Source: Candidatus Kapaibacterium sp.
GTDB lineage: Bacteria; Bacteroidota; Ignavibacteria; Kapaibacteriales; UBA2268
NCBI GenBank assembly: GCA_963665665.1
Contig: OY762428.1
Location: 832,001-896,000 of the forward strand
Direction of reading: 5' to 3'
DNA: 64,000 nt
A program made the translations under genes and the position numbers. Shown here in pieces: positions 28,840 through 38,935 of the stretch. Under the pieces are notes generated by a model. That model saw only the letters and a program-made list of their open reading frames with translations, was not told the origin of the DNA and ran no database searches. How positions within the stretch are numbered: position 1 is the stretch's first letter; every line of letters starts with the position of its first letter.

Positions 28840-29379
28840 ATGTCTGTAATACTAAACAATAATTTCTCGCAGGATACTCATGATATCAGGGCTGAAAGGC
28901 TTAGAAAAATCCAGGATAATCATGATTTTATTCGTGACGAGCTTCATGCGCCGGAGGAAATCTGTATTTGGGCTGAGGACTGTTATGATATATTCATGAA
29001 TAAGATTAGTTCGTCGGCGGTGGACACTGCGCAGTGGCATTCACAGACCTTTTCGGTGCAGAACATGCTTAGGGAACTGACGGAATGTTATCAGATTGTG
29101 CGGGCATTGGGTATTCCGATTTACGCGGATGATCAGAAGCACCTGAAGGATTTTGATTTTGGGCTGAGGTTCCCAAAGTCGCGCCTGGAGATGCTTTCGA
29201 GGGCCGAGCTAATTATTGAAGTGCACAACCGGCACGTTCAGGAGGGGCTGCCGAAAACTATTCCGCAGCTGATGATCGACAGGCTGGCTGCGGCGATTGC
29301 CGATACGGAGCTGGCGATGGAGGAGCAGGAGCAGAAAAAGAAGCGCGGGCTGATAAGCGCTGTGGTGGCGGTGGGATAG
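28840..29379 (+). CDS. Hypothetical helical protein, possibly 3' truncated
   Basis: RBS GGGGAG; 179-aa ORF ending next to REP-like sequence. Confidence 0.55.
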   Translation: MSVILNNNFSQDTHDIRAERLRKIQDNHDFIRDELHAPEEICIWAEDCYDIFMNKISSSAVDTAQWHSQTFSVQNMLRELTECYQIVRALGIPIYADDQKHLKDFDFGLRFPKSRLEMLSRAELIIEVHNRHVQEGLPKTIPQLMIDRLAAAIADTELAMEEQEQKKKRGLISAVVAVG

Positions 29380-29401
29380 GCGGAATCTCGAAGGATACCC
29401 A

Positions 29402-29520
29402 AAGGGCGGGGGTGGACTTCCGGAAAATTCCCCTCCCGTGGAGGGGATTAAAGGGGTGGTTTCTTTTTCTTTGCCTTCGCACCTTGCACATTTATCCACG
29501 AGCTAAAGCACGTGGCTATT
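29402..29520. repeat. Second REP-like cluster
   Basis: AAGGGCGGGGGTGGACTTCC (19/20 identical to 27795-27814), CCCCTCCCGTGGAGGGG, CCACGAGCTAAAGCACGTGG palindromes. Confidence 0.65.
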
Positions 29521-29929
29521 GAATTTTGACGAAGGTAGTTGGGGATGTCATAATTAGAAAGCCCTATAAAAACATCAGGTATACGCTGGCGGGGAAAAAT
29601 CAGGTTTGCTGTCCGTTTTTGTTGCTGCACATGATACAAGTATAAGCAGTATAAACGGAATCAGGTATTTCATCTCTCTGCCCTTGCAAAATGATTGATT
29701 ATTTCAATATTAATAAACTTACGTTTTTTCGGCAAAAATTTCAAATATAAATAAATAAAAAATCTCTGAGCTTAGTATATACTGTTTCATCTGTACGTTC
29801 AGCAATTGAATTATGTAATAATAATTATTTTTCAATTGCTGCTGAAAAAGTTATTATTCGCCGGCGGGAATTATTATATTGCTGATAATTTGTTATACTT
29901 TGTAATTTATTACTTCGAAGCAGGAAAGA

Positions 29930-30769
29930 ATGTGGCATTATATACTTGATGCTTTCAACATCATACATAAATCAAAAGAACTGAAAGAACTGATGGATTT
30001 TTCGCCGGAAGCAGGCGGTATGGGGCTTGTAAAGCTTCTGGATTCCATCCTGAATAAGTACCCTTCATACAAGTTTACTGTTATATTCGATGGAAAATGG
30101 GATAATGTTTATTCCAGGAATAAAAATATCAAAATCAAAATGTCAGGTGCACTGCCTGCCGATGACCTTATAAGGGAACTAATAAAAATTGACAAAAGGC
30201 CTTCGAACTGCGTGGTTGTTTCATCTGACATGGAAATATACAATTTTGCCCGCTTGTATGCCTGTACTGCCATGAAATCCGAGGATTTCCTTTTCAGCAG
30301 GCCGGGAAGGGAAGCAATAAAAACAGCCGCCTCGTTAATTAAAGGTGAAACTGAGAAGCCGGAATTCGTCAGTAAATACGAAATTGAAAGCATGAAGAAA
30401 CTGTTTTCTGACGATGATAATAGCGAAAGCCCTCAGGATAATACGCTGAAGCCGGGCCGGAGTATCGAAATGAAAAATGCCCTGCCCGATGATGAAGTAA
30501 GTAAATTAAGGGAACACTTTCTGGAAGGCAACCAAATACTAAACGAGAAGAAGAGTTCCAAAAAACCGGATGAAAAGAAAAAGATCCCAAAAAACAGGGA
30601 CAGCATTGAGATGTTCGGCAGCTTGGATGATGATGAAATAAATAAACTAAAAGATCACTTTGGCAAAAAAAGAAAGCCCCCGCAGGTGAAAGAAGAAGAA
30701 CCTGAAAAACCTGAGGAGGTTTCGAAAGAAGAACTTGAAGAATTGAAAAGAAGATTCGGGAAAGGGTAA
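29930..30769 (+). CDS. NYN-domain (YacP/Rae1-like) RNase with repetitive charged tail
   Basis: ILDAFNI, VIFDG, ADDLI, VVSSD catalytic acidic motifs. Confidence 0.75.
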   Translation: MWHYILDAFNIIHKSKELKELMDFSPEAGGMGLVKLLDSILNKYPSYKFTVIFDGKWDNVYSRNKNIKIKMSGALPADDLIRELIKIDKRPSNCVVVSSDMEIYNFARLYACTAMKSEDFLFSRPGREAIKTAASLIKGETEKPEFVSKYEIESMKKLFSDDDNSESPQDNTLKPGRSIEMKNALPDDEVSKLREHFLEGNQILNEKKSSKKPDEKKKIPKNRDSIEMFGSLDDDEINKLKDHFGKKRKPPQVKEEEPEKPEEVSKEELEELKRRFGKG

Positions 30770-30770
30770 A

Positions 30771-31226
30771 ATGAGAAGAAAAGACAAACAAATTAGCGTA
30801 TTTGAGGAACTTGAAGCTATACTCCGAAAATCGGATATCTGCCGTTTAGCATTGAATGACGAAGATTATCCTTATGTCATACCAATGAATCACGGCTATA
30901 AGGATAGTACACTCTATTTTCATTGTGCTGCCGATGGCAGAAAAATTGAACTGATACGGAAAAACAACAGGGCTGCTTTTGAAGTTGAAACTGACTATTA
31001 TTTAAAAAAAAGTGAGAAAGCCTGCAAATGGACTGCCGGGTATAGTTCGGTTATTGGCAGGGGAACAATCGAGATCATCGACGATACGGAAAAAATAAAG
31101 GAAGGGCTTGATATAATTATGAGTCATCACAGCGGACCTGTTGGCAGCTATGATGACAAATATTTAAAAAAAATGCTGATCCTGAAGTTGTCAATTATCA
31201 ATATGACAGGAAAAAAATCAAAATAG
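30771..31226 (+). CDS. Pyridoxamine 5'-phosphate oxidase-like flavin-binding protein (NimA-like)
   Basis: MRRKD, PYVIPMN, YFHCA..GRK, SVIGRG, MTGK. Confidence 0.85.
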   Translation: MRRKDKQISVFEELEAILRKSDICRLALNDEDYPYVIPMNHGYKDSTLYFHCAADGRKIELIRKNNRAAFEVETDYYLKKSEKACKWTAGYSSVIGRGTIEIIDDTEKIKEGLDIIMSHHSGPVGSYDDKYLKKMLILKLSIINMTGKKSK

Positions 31227-31227
31227 A

Positions 31228-33609
31228 CTAATCCATTTTAATAAACCTGGTTTTGTATAATTCACCTTCTTTGTTCAGGATTAAGAAGTAAATTCCGGGT
31301 GGCAAATCTGATATATCAATGGTTTGTGTTCTTCCGGATATTGTTAGATTTTTTATTGTATTAGCAAGAATATCGACAATACTGGCACTGGTATTATTTC
31401 CAATAATTCCCTGCAAATCAATCCTTATTTCATCTTCTGCCGGGTTGGGGCTGACAAGAATATCATTATCCGTATATACCGTTTCTTCCCAGACACCCAC
31501 AGGCTGTTCGTCCGATTTCAGGCAAACATCGAATTTCATTATCTCATGCTTTTCATAGCAATTTCCTGTTGCCGCTGTGAAGCCTATATAGGAAAAAACA
31601 TCGTCGGTAAGATCAAGTGTTTCGGCTAAATTAAAGTTCTCTACAACAGCTACAGGCTCGGAAAAGCCCGGAACAGTATCGCAATAAATCTTTAATTCGT
31701 TTGAATATTTATTATAGTCAACTCTTGCATAGTAAACTGAACTGTCAGTCTTTATTGGCAAAATACCGCCAACTGTAGCAATATTTGAACTGCCGGAATG
31801 ATCGCAGGATATTGGTTCATCCATTGATGCAAATACACCGATATGGATGCCGTCCGGGTCATTCAGGTTATCATAAGCAGAAGAATTGTTATTATAGGTA
31901 TCAAACTCTATTGCCAGGGCATTTGGTATTCCGTCATAACCGATCCCATAGCCGGATTTGCCTAATGCTTCAGGCGAAGTATTCTGAATTACAAACGCAA
32001 GGCCGTCAGCGCCAGGCAGCGAGCCGTCATCATAATTCTGATTGTTATAGCCGTCCGTAATTCTGAATGAAAAATCCGCTGTAAAGCCATTTCCTACAGA
32101 AACTTTATTCTCATACCATACTGCTCCTTTGCTCCATGTTTTTGCTTTGTTCAATATCATGGATTTTTCAGTAAAGCCGGCATCACCATTTTTTGTAAAT
32201 CTTTCCTGCGTAATCAACCCGGGATAATTGAAAGAGGATTCGTTGCATTCTTTAAGTTTTATTATAAAAGCGTCCTGATATTCAATTGCAACTGTGGGTA
32301 CATCCGGCTGGAAATATACGGTATCTTCGAAACTACCTGACATAATAATATCATAATTATTAAAAATCCGGGTTTTGATAGGATAATCAGAACGTTTGCC
32401 ACCAACTGTAAAAGTTCCCATTACCTTATAGTTATCATCAAAAACTGTACAATATGCATCAGACAACCCCTTACTTTCAACACTGTCTCCTCCACAATCA
32501 ATAAAACCGGAAAAACGCCCGGAAAGCAATAAATTACCGGCATACCAATTAAGAGAAGAAGACAAATATGTTTTTCTTGATTTGAAATTTTTTGAGTTGA
32601 TAAGGTTGCCCTTATTATCGTATTTCAAAATATAACTATTTGTATGTTGGAAATATGAAGAAAACAGAAAATTGTTATTTTCATACAGGTCGCCGGTATA
32701 ATATCCCGTAACATAACAACAATCACCCTCAATCAGCAAATCTCTGGTATAATCTGAATTTTCACAGCCTATTGTCTTTAGCCATTTCAATTTAAAATCT
32801 TTATCAATATATGCAATAAAACCGTCGGCTCCGCCACGGGAGGGTATCGAATCTTTATTATCATAAATTGAACCGCTGAAAAATCCGGCTATAAACATAT
32901 TATCTGATTTATCTATCCCTATATGGCTTCCACGCTGCTGCTTATATCCGGATATTGTCATGGAATTTATATAATCTCCGTCCGGGCTATATTTTACAAG
33001 CAGCATATCAGTACTTCCTGTTCTCGCTGTATGAGTTTTACCGTTTCCAAGATCAATTGTATCCATGAATTCGCCGGTCAGAACAAGATTTTCTTCAGAA
33101 TCAAAATCCATAGAATAAAAAGTATCATAAAATTCGCTTCCAAGCGACTTTACCCAGATAATATTGCCGTTTGGTTCAAGTTTTAATATTAAAATATCAA
33201 GGTCACCATTAGAAATATATTCATTGCCATCAATCATCACACTTCCCCGATACCACCCGGCAAAATATATTTTTCCATTTTTATCAACTTTAATATCCCA
33301 ACCAACGTCGTCTCCCTGTGACTCGAATGTTTTTATCCAGAGAAAATTTCCATTCGGGTCGTGTTTGCAAATAAAAATATCAGTATCCCAATTGGCCAGC
33401 ACAATCGTGTCCTTCATAACAATTGTTCCCTTGAAACTACCAGTGGAATAAATATTGCCTTCATTGTCACAGGCTATTGATTCTAAATTCTCGGAACCGC
33501 TTCCCCCGATTTGAGCTACCCACTCCACTGAGGGATTGAAAGCATTCGAAAACTGAAATGATATGAACAAAACTGATACCAGGGTTAGTATTCTCATCTC
33601 CAACTCCAT
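31228..33609 (-). CDS. T9SS cargo: SBBP-like beta-propeller + L-type lectin + CTD
   Basis: Repeats D..GNIY.TG.F.G...DIFI.K.D.NG...W; GADGLAFV, AIEFDTY; VSPNPA...GIYFL. Confidence 0.85.
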   Translation of the reverse strand: MELEMRILTLVSVLFISFQFSNAFNPSVEWVAQIGGSGSENLESIACDNEGNIYSTGSFKGTIVMKDTIVLANWDTDIFICKHDPNGNFLWIKTFESQGDDVGWDIKVDKNGKIYFAGWYRGSVMIDGNEYISNGDLDILILKLEPNGNIIWVKSLGSEFYDTFYSMDFDSEENLVLTGEFMDTIDLGNGKTHTARTGSTDMLLVKYSPDGDYINSMTISGYKQQRGSHIGIDKSDNMFIAGFFSGSIYDNKDSIPSRGGADGFIAYIDKDFKLKWLKTIGCENSDYTRDLLIEGDCCYVTGYYTGDLYENNNFLFSSYFQHTNSYILKYDNKGNLINSKNFKSRKTYLSSSLNWYAGNLLLSGRFSGFIDCGGDSVESKGLSDAYCTVFDDNYKVMGTFTVGGKRSDYPIKTRIFNNYDIIMSGSFEDTVYFQPDVPTVAIEYQDAFIIKLKECNESSFNYPGLITQERFTKNGDAGFTEKSMILNKAKTWSKGAVWYENKVSVGNGFTADFSFRITDGYNNQNYDDGSLPGADGLAFVIQNTSPEALGKSGYGIGYDGIPNALAIEFDTYNNNSSAYDNLNDPDGIHIGVFASMDEPISCDHSGSSNIATVGGILPIKTDSSVYYARVDYNKYSNELKIYCDTVPGFSEPVAVVENFNLAETLDLTDDVFSYIGFTAATGNCYEKHEIMKFDVCLKSDEQPVGVWEETVYTDNDILVSPNPAEDEIRIDLQGIIGNNTSASIVDILANTIKNLTISGRTQTIDISDLPPGIYFLILNKEGELYKTRFIKMD

Positions 33610-33739
33610 ATTGATGTTATCAAAAATATCCGCAGGCGGACTTATATTAAAATTACATATTTTCTAATTAATTTGAAAATATATTAAGAAAAGCATAATT
33701 TTATAATACGATAATTTTTGAAATCTACGGAGAACACTC

Positions 33740-35521
33740 GTGAAAAATTTTCTATTACTGATATTGGCTGTTATTCTGTTTTCGTGCTCCTCGCGGCAGG
33801 AAACTGCATTCGATAATATTTATAATACCGACCTTTATAAGGGTGATGTTATCAACCCTGATTCTACCACGGTCCTGGCAGGCGCTACCCTGATTAATAC
33901 TAATGGTGATGACCCGATCGACAATTCGGTTATCATTATTAAGCAGGGAGCCGTTGTCCGTGCCGGGAAATGGGGAGAAGTGGAAATCCCTGAAAATGCA
34001 AGAATTGTGAATTTAAAGGGAAAATATATTATACCCGGCCTTACCGACAGCCATATACATTTCTTCCAGTCCGGAGGATTATATACCCGCCCGGATGCTC
34101 TTGACCTGAGACACAGAGTTAGCTACGAGGAAGAGAAAAAATGGATACAGGACAACATAGACGATGTTTTCAGGCGTTATATACGCTGCGGCATAACCAC
34201 TGTTGTGGATGTTGGCGGTCCCTACTGGAACTTTGGTATCAAGCAAAGAGCAGAGAATACGATCATTGCACCTAATGCATATTTATGCGGCCCGCTTATC
34301 ACTCCTTATATGCCGGAAGTATTCGCCGATGAAGACCCTGCATTTTTTAAAACGATGAATCCTGTCGAAGCAGCAGCCGAGGCAAGAAGGCAGATTGAAG
34401 CCGGGGCAGACTTTATTAAGTTGTGGTATATTGTGGGTAAAGGCCTTGAGATTGATGATTTCTACCCGGCAGCAAAAGCAGTTTGCGATCAGGCCCATGA
34501 GCTTGGTGTAAAAGTTTATGTTCACGCCACACAGCTTGAAACAGCCAAAGCAGCGGTAAGGGCTGGATGCGACGTTCTTGTTCATATAGTTAATGATAAA
34601 CCTGTTGATGAAGAATTTCTCAACCTTCTGTCTGAAAATGATATTACACTGATGCCAACAATGTGGGTTTTTGAATCCTACGCTGCTGTTTATACAAAAC
34701 AACTCGACCTTATGAAATGCGAACACCTTCTTGGTAATCCTTATGTGATCGGGACATTATTTGATATGCACGAGCTTGACGATTCGGAACTTGGCCCAAG
34801 GCAGAGAAAACTCCTTGCCGAAAACAAACCAATCGAAACAAGCGAAATAATTATTAATAATGTTGCAGCTCTTAACAAAAAGGGAATTAACATAGCTGCA
34901 GGAACAGACGCAGGAAATGTTGGCGTTCTTCATGGCCCGGCTCTATTCCATGAGTTTAAATGGATGAAAAAAGCAGGCATGACAAATATGGAAATACTGA
35001 AATCAGCTACTATCAATGCAGCTGAAATGCTGAACCAGGCTTGCTGGCTCGGTTCAATAGAAAAAGGTAAAGCAGCTGATTTGGTAATACTTAATTCAAA
35101 TCCGCTGGAATGTATATGTAATTGCTCTGATATTTACCTTACAATTAATGACGGCTGGGGATACCCGCCGGAAGAAGTGATAAAGAATACTGCCGAAGAC
35201 CTGGCACAGATTCAGCTTAACGCATATAACGAAAGAGACCTTGAAGCATTCGTCTCGGTTTACTCTCCGGATGTAGAAATATATAATTTCCCAGATGATA
35301 AAATTTATTCCGGCAGGAAAACAATGAGAGAGACATACGCACCGTTTTTCGAGAAAGCAACCAAACTTCACTGCCGCTTAGTTGACAGGATAATATTAGG
35401 CAACAATGTTATCGATCGTGAAATTGTTAAAACCGGTATTGAAGGCCGTGACACTCTGGAAGCCATTGCCCAATACAAAATCGAGGGTGGGTTCATAAGG
35501 AAAGTCTGGTTTACAAAGTAA
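33740..35521 (+). CDS. Amidohydrolase-family lipoprotein with C-terminal SnoaL/NTF2-like domain
   Basis: Lipobox LFSC; PGLTDSHIH, GADFIK, VHA, GTDAG; C-terminal QLNAYNERDLEAF...GNNVIDRE. Confidence 0.82.
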   Translation: MKNFLLLILAVILFSCSSRQETAFDNIYNTDLYKGDVINPDSTTVLAGATLINTNGDDPIDNSVIIIKQGAVVRAGKWGEVEIPENARIVNLKGKYIIPGLTDSHIHFFQSGGLYTRPDALDLRHRVSYEEEKKWIQDNIDDVFRRYIRCGITTVVDVGGPYWNFGIKQRAENTIIAPNAYLCGPLITPYMPEVFADEDPAFFKTMNPVEAAAEARRQIEAGADFIKLWYIVGKGLEIDDFYPAAKAVCDQAHELGVKVYVHATQLETAKAAVRAGCDVLVHIVNDKPVDEEFLNLLSENDITLMPTMWVFESYAAVYTKQLDLMKCEHLLGNPYVIGTLFDMHELDDSELGPRQRKLLAENKPIETSEIIINNVAALNKKGINIAAGTDAGNVGVLHGPALFHEFKWMKKAGMTNMEILKSATINAAEMLNQACWLGSIEKGKAADLVILNSNPLECICNCSDIYLTINDGWGYPPEEVIKNTAEDLAQIQLNAYNERDLEAFVSVYSPDVEIYNFPDDKIYSGRKTMRETYAPFFEKATKLHCRLVDRIILGNNVIDREIVKTGIEGRDTLEAIAQYKIEGGFIRKVWFTK

Positions 35522-35713
35522 TAGTTTTTTTTACATTGGCATCTATTATTCCAACGATTTACAGATGTCCAACGCTTTTGAAGTTTTGGACATCTTGCTT
35601 TTGGAATGATTTTTTGTTCCCCGACAAGTCGTGGACAGGGCGGGTTTGGGGAAGGTCAGGAGATAAATGTTTTATTTTGTCAATTATTTTTTGAAAATAT
35701 ATAAGGCCAAACC

Positions 35714-36310
35714 ATGAAAAGAGCCATTTTAATTATATTTCTAATGTTTTGCTTTTCTTTGTCATTATATGGTGGCAGCCAGGATACTATTTCTTACAGA
35801 GATACTGTATATCAGGTTTCATATGACGAACTAATAAGCAAAGATTCCATTTATTTCTCGTTAAACTCATTAGATATATTTTATAATATACGAATTGATT
35901 TCATTTATAAATATGAAATCACTGATAACAATAGCTTTTCAATCTGTTCGAATACAGTTTGGGACAAAATGATTGTTAGAAACCCGTGTATTATATTTAA
36001 TAATATACGATCTATAGAAGATATTGAATATGATAAATTGATTAAAAAAATCGAAGAATCTGATTTCAAAGATCCGATTAGGGACAGTACAAGAACGGAG
36101 GATTTTTTTCTATCCATTACCATATGGGATGGAAAGTTTATGAAAACATACAATTATAATTTACCCGAAAAATATGAATTACTGAAGGAAATGTTCTGCA
36201 GTATAAAACCTGACAGGGTAAACTTTTGCGAAATTATGACTGATTTTCTTTCTGATCAAATCGAAGATGTAATACTATATAAAAGGCCACAAGATAAACA
36301 TGAAAAATAA
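35714..36310 (+). CDS. Hypothetical exported protein
   Basis: Signal peptide; overlaps the next gene. Confidence 0.6.
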   Translation: MKRAILIIFLMFCFSLSLYGGSQDTISYRDTVYQVSYDELISKDSIYFSLNSLDIFYNIRIDFIYKYEITDNNSFSICSNTVWDKMIVRNPCIIFNNIRSIEDIEYDKLIKKIEESDFKDPIRDSTRTEDFFLSITIWDGKFMKTYNYNLPEKYELLKEMFCSIKPDRVNFCEIMTDFLSDQIEDVILYKRPQDKHEK

Positions 36311-37616
36311 AATAATTATTCTTATAAGCCTGATTATTCCATCAACACTTTTTGCTCAAATGGAATGGGTTCAGAAGCATTATATTCAATACGAAGATTT
36401 CAGGACATTTGAATGCCTTGACAGCAATAATTGCTATGCTTTTACTGATGCTGTTGGTTCGACAATAATTTATAAATCAACCGATCAGGGAGATACCTGG
36501 TTTGAACTTTACAAAAAGGATCATCTTGCAACCAAAGATTCTTTATACAAAGTCTTTAGATGCCAGGCTCTTGATACAAATAATCTCTATATTTCATATC
36601 TTGACAGGCTTATATTGGACAAAAGTACCGATGGAGGTAAATCATTTAAAAGAATTACCTTTGATACTTTATCAGTTCAGTACAATGCGGATTGCTTTAA
36701 TGCCATCAAAATGTATAATAATCATATTGGTGTTGGAACTTCGAATAATTTTATTATTACAACAAGCAATAACTGGGAAACTTATAAAATTATTGATAAA
36801 GTTGATCACAAATTGGCCGGAGGACCAATATATTTTATTGATTCTAATAATGTTGTATTATTAAAGAAATATAGATTAAGCGATCAGTTTGTTAAATACT
36901 CAATTTATGAAGATAGTTGGACAGATTATACTGTATCAGGAAATGATAATGAAGAGTACCCCAAAGTAATTGCTGATATTTCCTTTACTAGTGATTCTGT
37001 TGCTTTTGCTTGTGGCGGTCAAAAAACCGGGCAGAATTCACTTGCTCGGGATATAATATGGAAAACTACTGATAAGGGAATTCATTGGGAAATAATACTT
37101 GAGCAGGAACATGAACCGGTTTTCGGTTTAAACGGTATAACCTTCAAAGACAAAATGAATGGTATGGCGGTCGGAGCTTGGGGCAAAATACTTCGGACAA
37201 CCAATGGAGGTAAAAGTTGGAACTATATGGATATCCCGGAATCAATAAATAATACTATTTCAATAAAAGGTGGCTTTGCCGGACAATATATGCTGATTGC
37301 CTGCCAAAGATCCGGAATACTAAGATATGAAGATATTACTGATATTGAACAAAAAATATTAGATATCGAATATATCCATATTAAACAAACTGCTGATAAA
37401 TTGCTCATTAGTATTGAAGATAAATCATTCAGGGATTACAAAATGCAAATATTTGATATTTATGGAAATATCATGAATGAAATTGATTTGAATTCAGGAA
37501 TCGGAATACTATATAATCCCATACCTTTGGATTCTTTTATAAATGGCGTATATTTATTTCAGATCACTACTGACGGGATATTGGTTAAATCCGGTAAATT
37601 TATTTTATGCAGGTGA
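36300..37616 (+). CDS. YCF48/BNR-repeat beta-propeller protein with degenerate T9SS CTD
   Basis: Asp-box repeats STDQGDTW, STDGGKSF, TTDKGIHW, TTNGGKSW; tail FDIYG...NGVYL...GKFI. Confidence 0.75.
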   Translation: MKNKIIILISLIIPSTLFAQMEWVQKHYIQYEDFRTFECLDSNNCYAFTDAVGSTIIYKSTDQGDTWFELYKKDHLATKDSLYKVFRCQALDTNNLYISYLDRLILDKSTDGGKSFKRITFDTLSVQYNADCFNAIKMYNNHIGVGTSNNFIITTSNNWETYKIIDKVDHKLAGGPIYFIDSNNVVLLKKYRLSDQFVKYSIYEDSWTDYTVSGNDNEEYPKVIADISFTSDSVAFACGGQKTGQNSLARDIIWKTTDKGIHWEIILEQEHEPVFGLNGITFKDKMNGMAVGAWGKILRTTNGGKSWNYMDIPESINNTISIKGGFAGQYMLIACQRSGILRYEDITDIEQKILDIEYIHIKQTADKLLISIEDKSFRDYKMQIFDIYGNIMNEIDLNSGIGILYNPIPLDSFINGVYLFQITTDGILVKSGKFILCR

Positions 37617-37753
37617 TTAGATTTTATAAAAATTTATGGTTACATTTTTATAAGGCAATTCGGTAAAAATAATTAGATTATTTTGCGTTTTTTTATAAAT
37701 TTCTTTTTTAATATATTTCAATTAAAATAATAATAATCTTCACTTAGTGAATT

Positions 37754-38935
37754 ATGAAAATTGAACAGCTAAAACTTAAAAATTTCAAGGCTTTTAAGAA
37801 TGCTTCTATGCGAAACATCCCGGATCTTTGCGTTCTTGTCGGGGCGAACGGAAGTGGAAAAACCACACTTTTCGACGTTTTTGGATTTCTGAAAGACGCA
37901 ATGACAGATAATGTGACAACAGCCCTCTCAAAAAGAGGAGGCTATAAACAGGTGGCAAGCCGAAGTCACGAAGGCCCGATTGAAATTGAAATTAAGTTCA
38001 GAGAAAATCCCCAAAAGCCTCTTATAACATATACATTAAAGATTAATGAAGAAAAGGGAAAAGCCTACGTTGAACGGGAAATACTGAAATATCGCCGAGG
38101 AAGCAAAGGGCTACCCTGGCATTTTCTTGACTTTTCACGAGGTGCAGGAACAGCTATTATCAGCGAATTGGAATATCAAATTGACGATGACACTGAAGTT
38201 GAAAGAGACGAGCAAAAACTTGCCAGAGAAGATATTCTTGCAATCAAAGGATTGTCTCAATTTGAAAAATTCCCGGCAGCAGTTAAATTCGGGAGACTGA
38301 TAGAGAATTGGCATATCTCTGATTTTCATATTTCCACGGCAAGAAATATTTTGGAAGACTCTTATGCGGAACACCTCTCGCGAGAAGGCGAAAACCTTTC
38401 ACTAGTAACTAAATTTCTGAAAGAACAACATCCCGAAATTTTTGAAAAAATTCTGGAAACATTGAAACGCAGAATACCGGGGATTAGCTCCGTAACATCC
38501 AAAGTAACTGAAGAGGGGCGGGTTTTACTAAAATTTCAGGATGAAAGTTTTAAAGATCCCTTCCTCGCAAAATACGTATCCGACGGAACAATAAAGATGT
38601 TTGCATATCTTGTTCTTCTGTTTGATCCGGCGCCGCATCCACTGATATGTATTGAGGAACCGGAAAACCAACTTTATCCCAGACTTTTAATGGAGCTCGC
38701 CGAAGAGTTTCGATTATATGCTAACCGTGGCGGACAAGTGTTTATTTCCACTCACTCTCCGGATTTTCTGAATGCGTACGAACTGGAAGAAATATTTATG
38801 CTCGTAAAAGAAAAAGGATATACTAAAATTATCAGGGCAAGCGAGGATAAGCAGCTTAGAGATTACGTTGCCGACGGTGATAAACCGGGCTGGCTTTGGA
38901 AGCAAGGCTTCTTTGAAGGAGTGGATCCGCGATGA
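37754..38935 (+). CDS. ABC/SMC-like AAA ATPase (AAA_21/COG4637-like)
   Basis: LKNFKAF, Walker A GANGSGKT, SDGT signature, Walker B IEEPEN, STHS. Confidence 0.88.
   Translation: MKIEQLKLKNFKAFKNASMRNIPDLCVLVGANGSGKTTLFDVFGFLKDAMTDNVTTALSKRGGYKQVASRSHEGPIEIEIKFRENPQKPLITYTLKINEEKGKAYVEREILKYRRGSKGLPWHFLDFSRGAGTAIISELEYQIDDDTEVERDEQKLAREDILAIKGLSQFEKFPAAVKFGRLIENWHISDFHISTARNILEDSYAEHLSREGENLSLVTKFLKEQHPEIFEKILETLKRRIPGISSVTSKVTEEGRVLLKFQDESFKDPFLAKYVSDGTIKMFAYLVLLFDPAPHPLICIEEPENQLYPRLLMELAEEFRLYANRGGQVFISTHSPDFLNAYELEEIFMLVKEKGYTKIIRASEDKQLRDYVADGDKPGWLWKQGFFEGVDPR

Noticed and set aside
30771-31226. Nitroimidazole resistance (nim) gene
   Set aside because: Widespread flavin-binding family; no specific evidence for resistance
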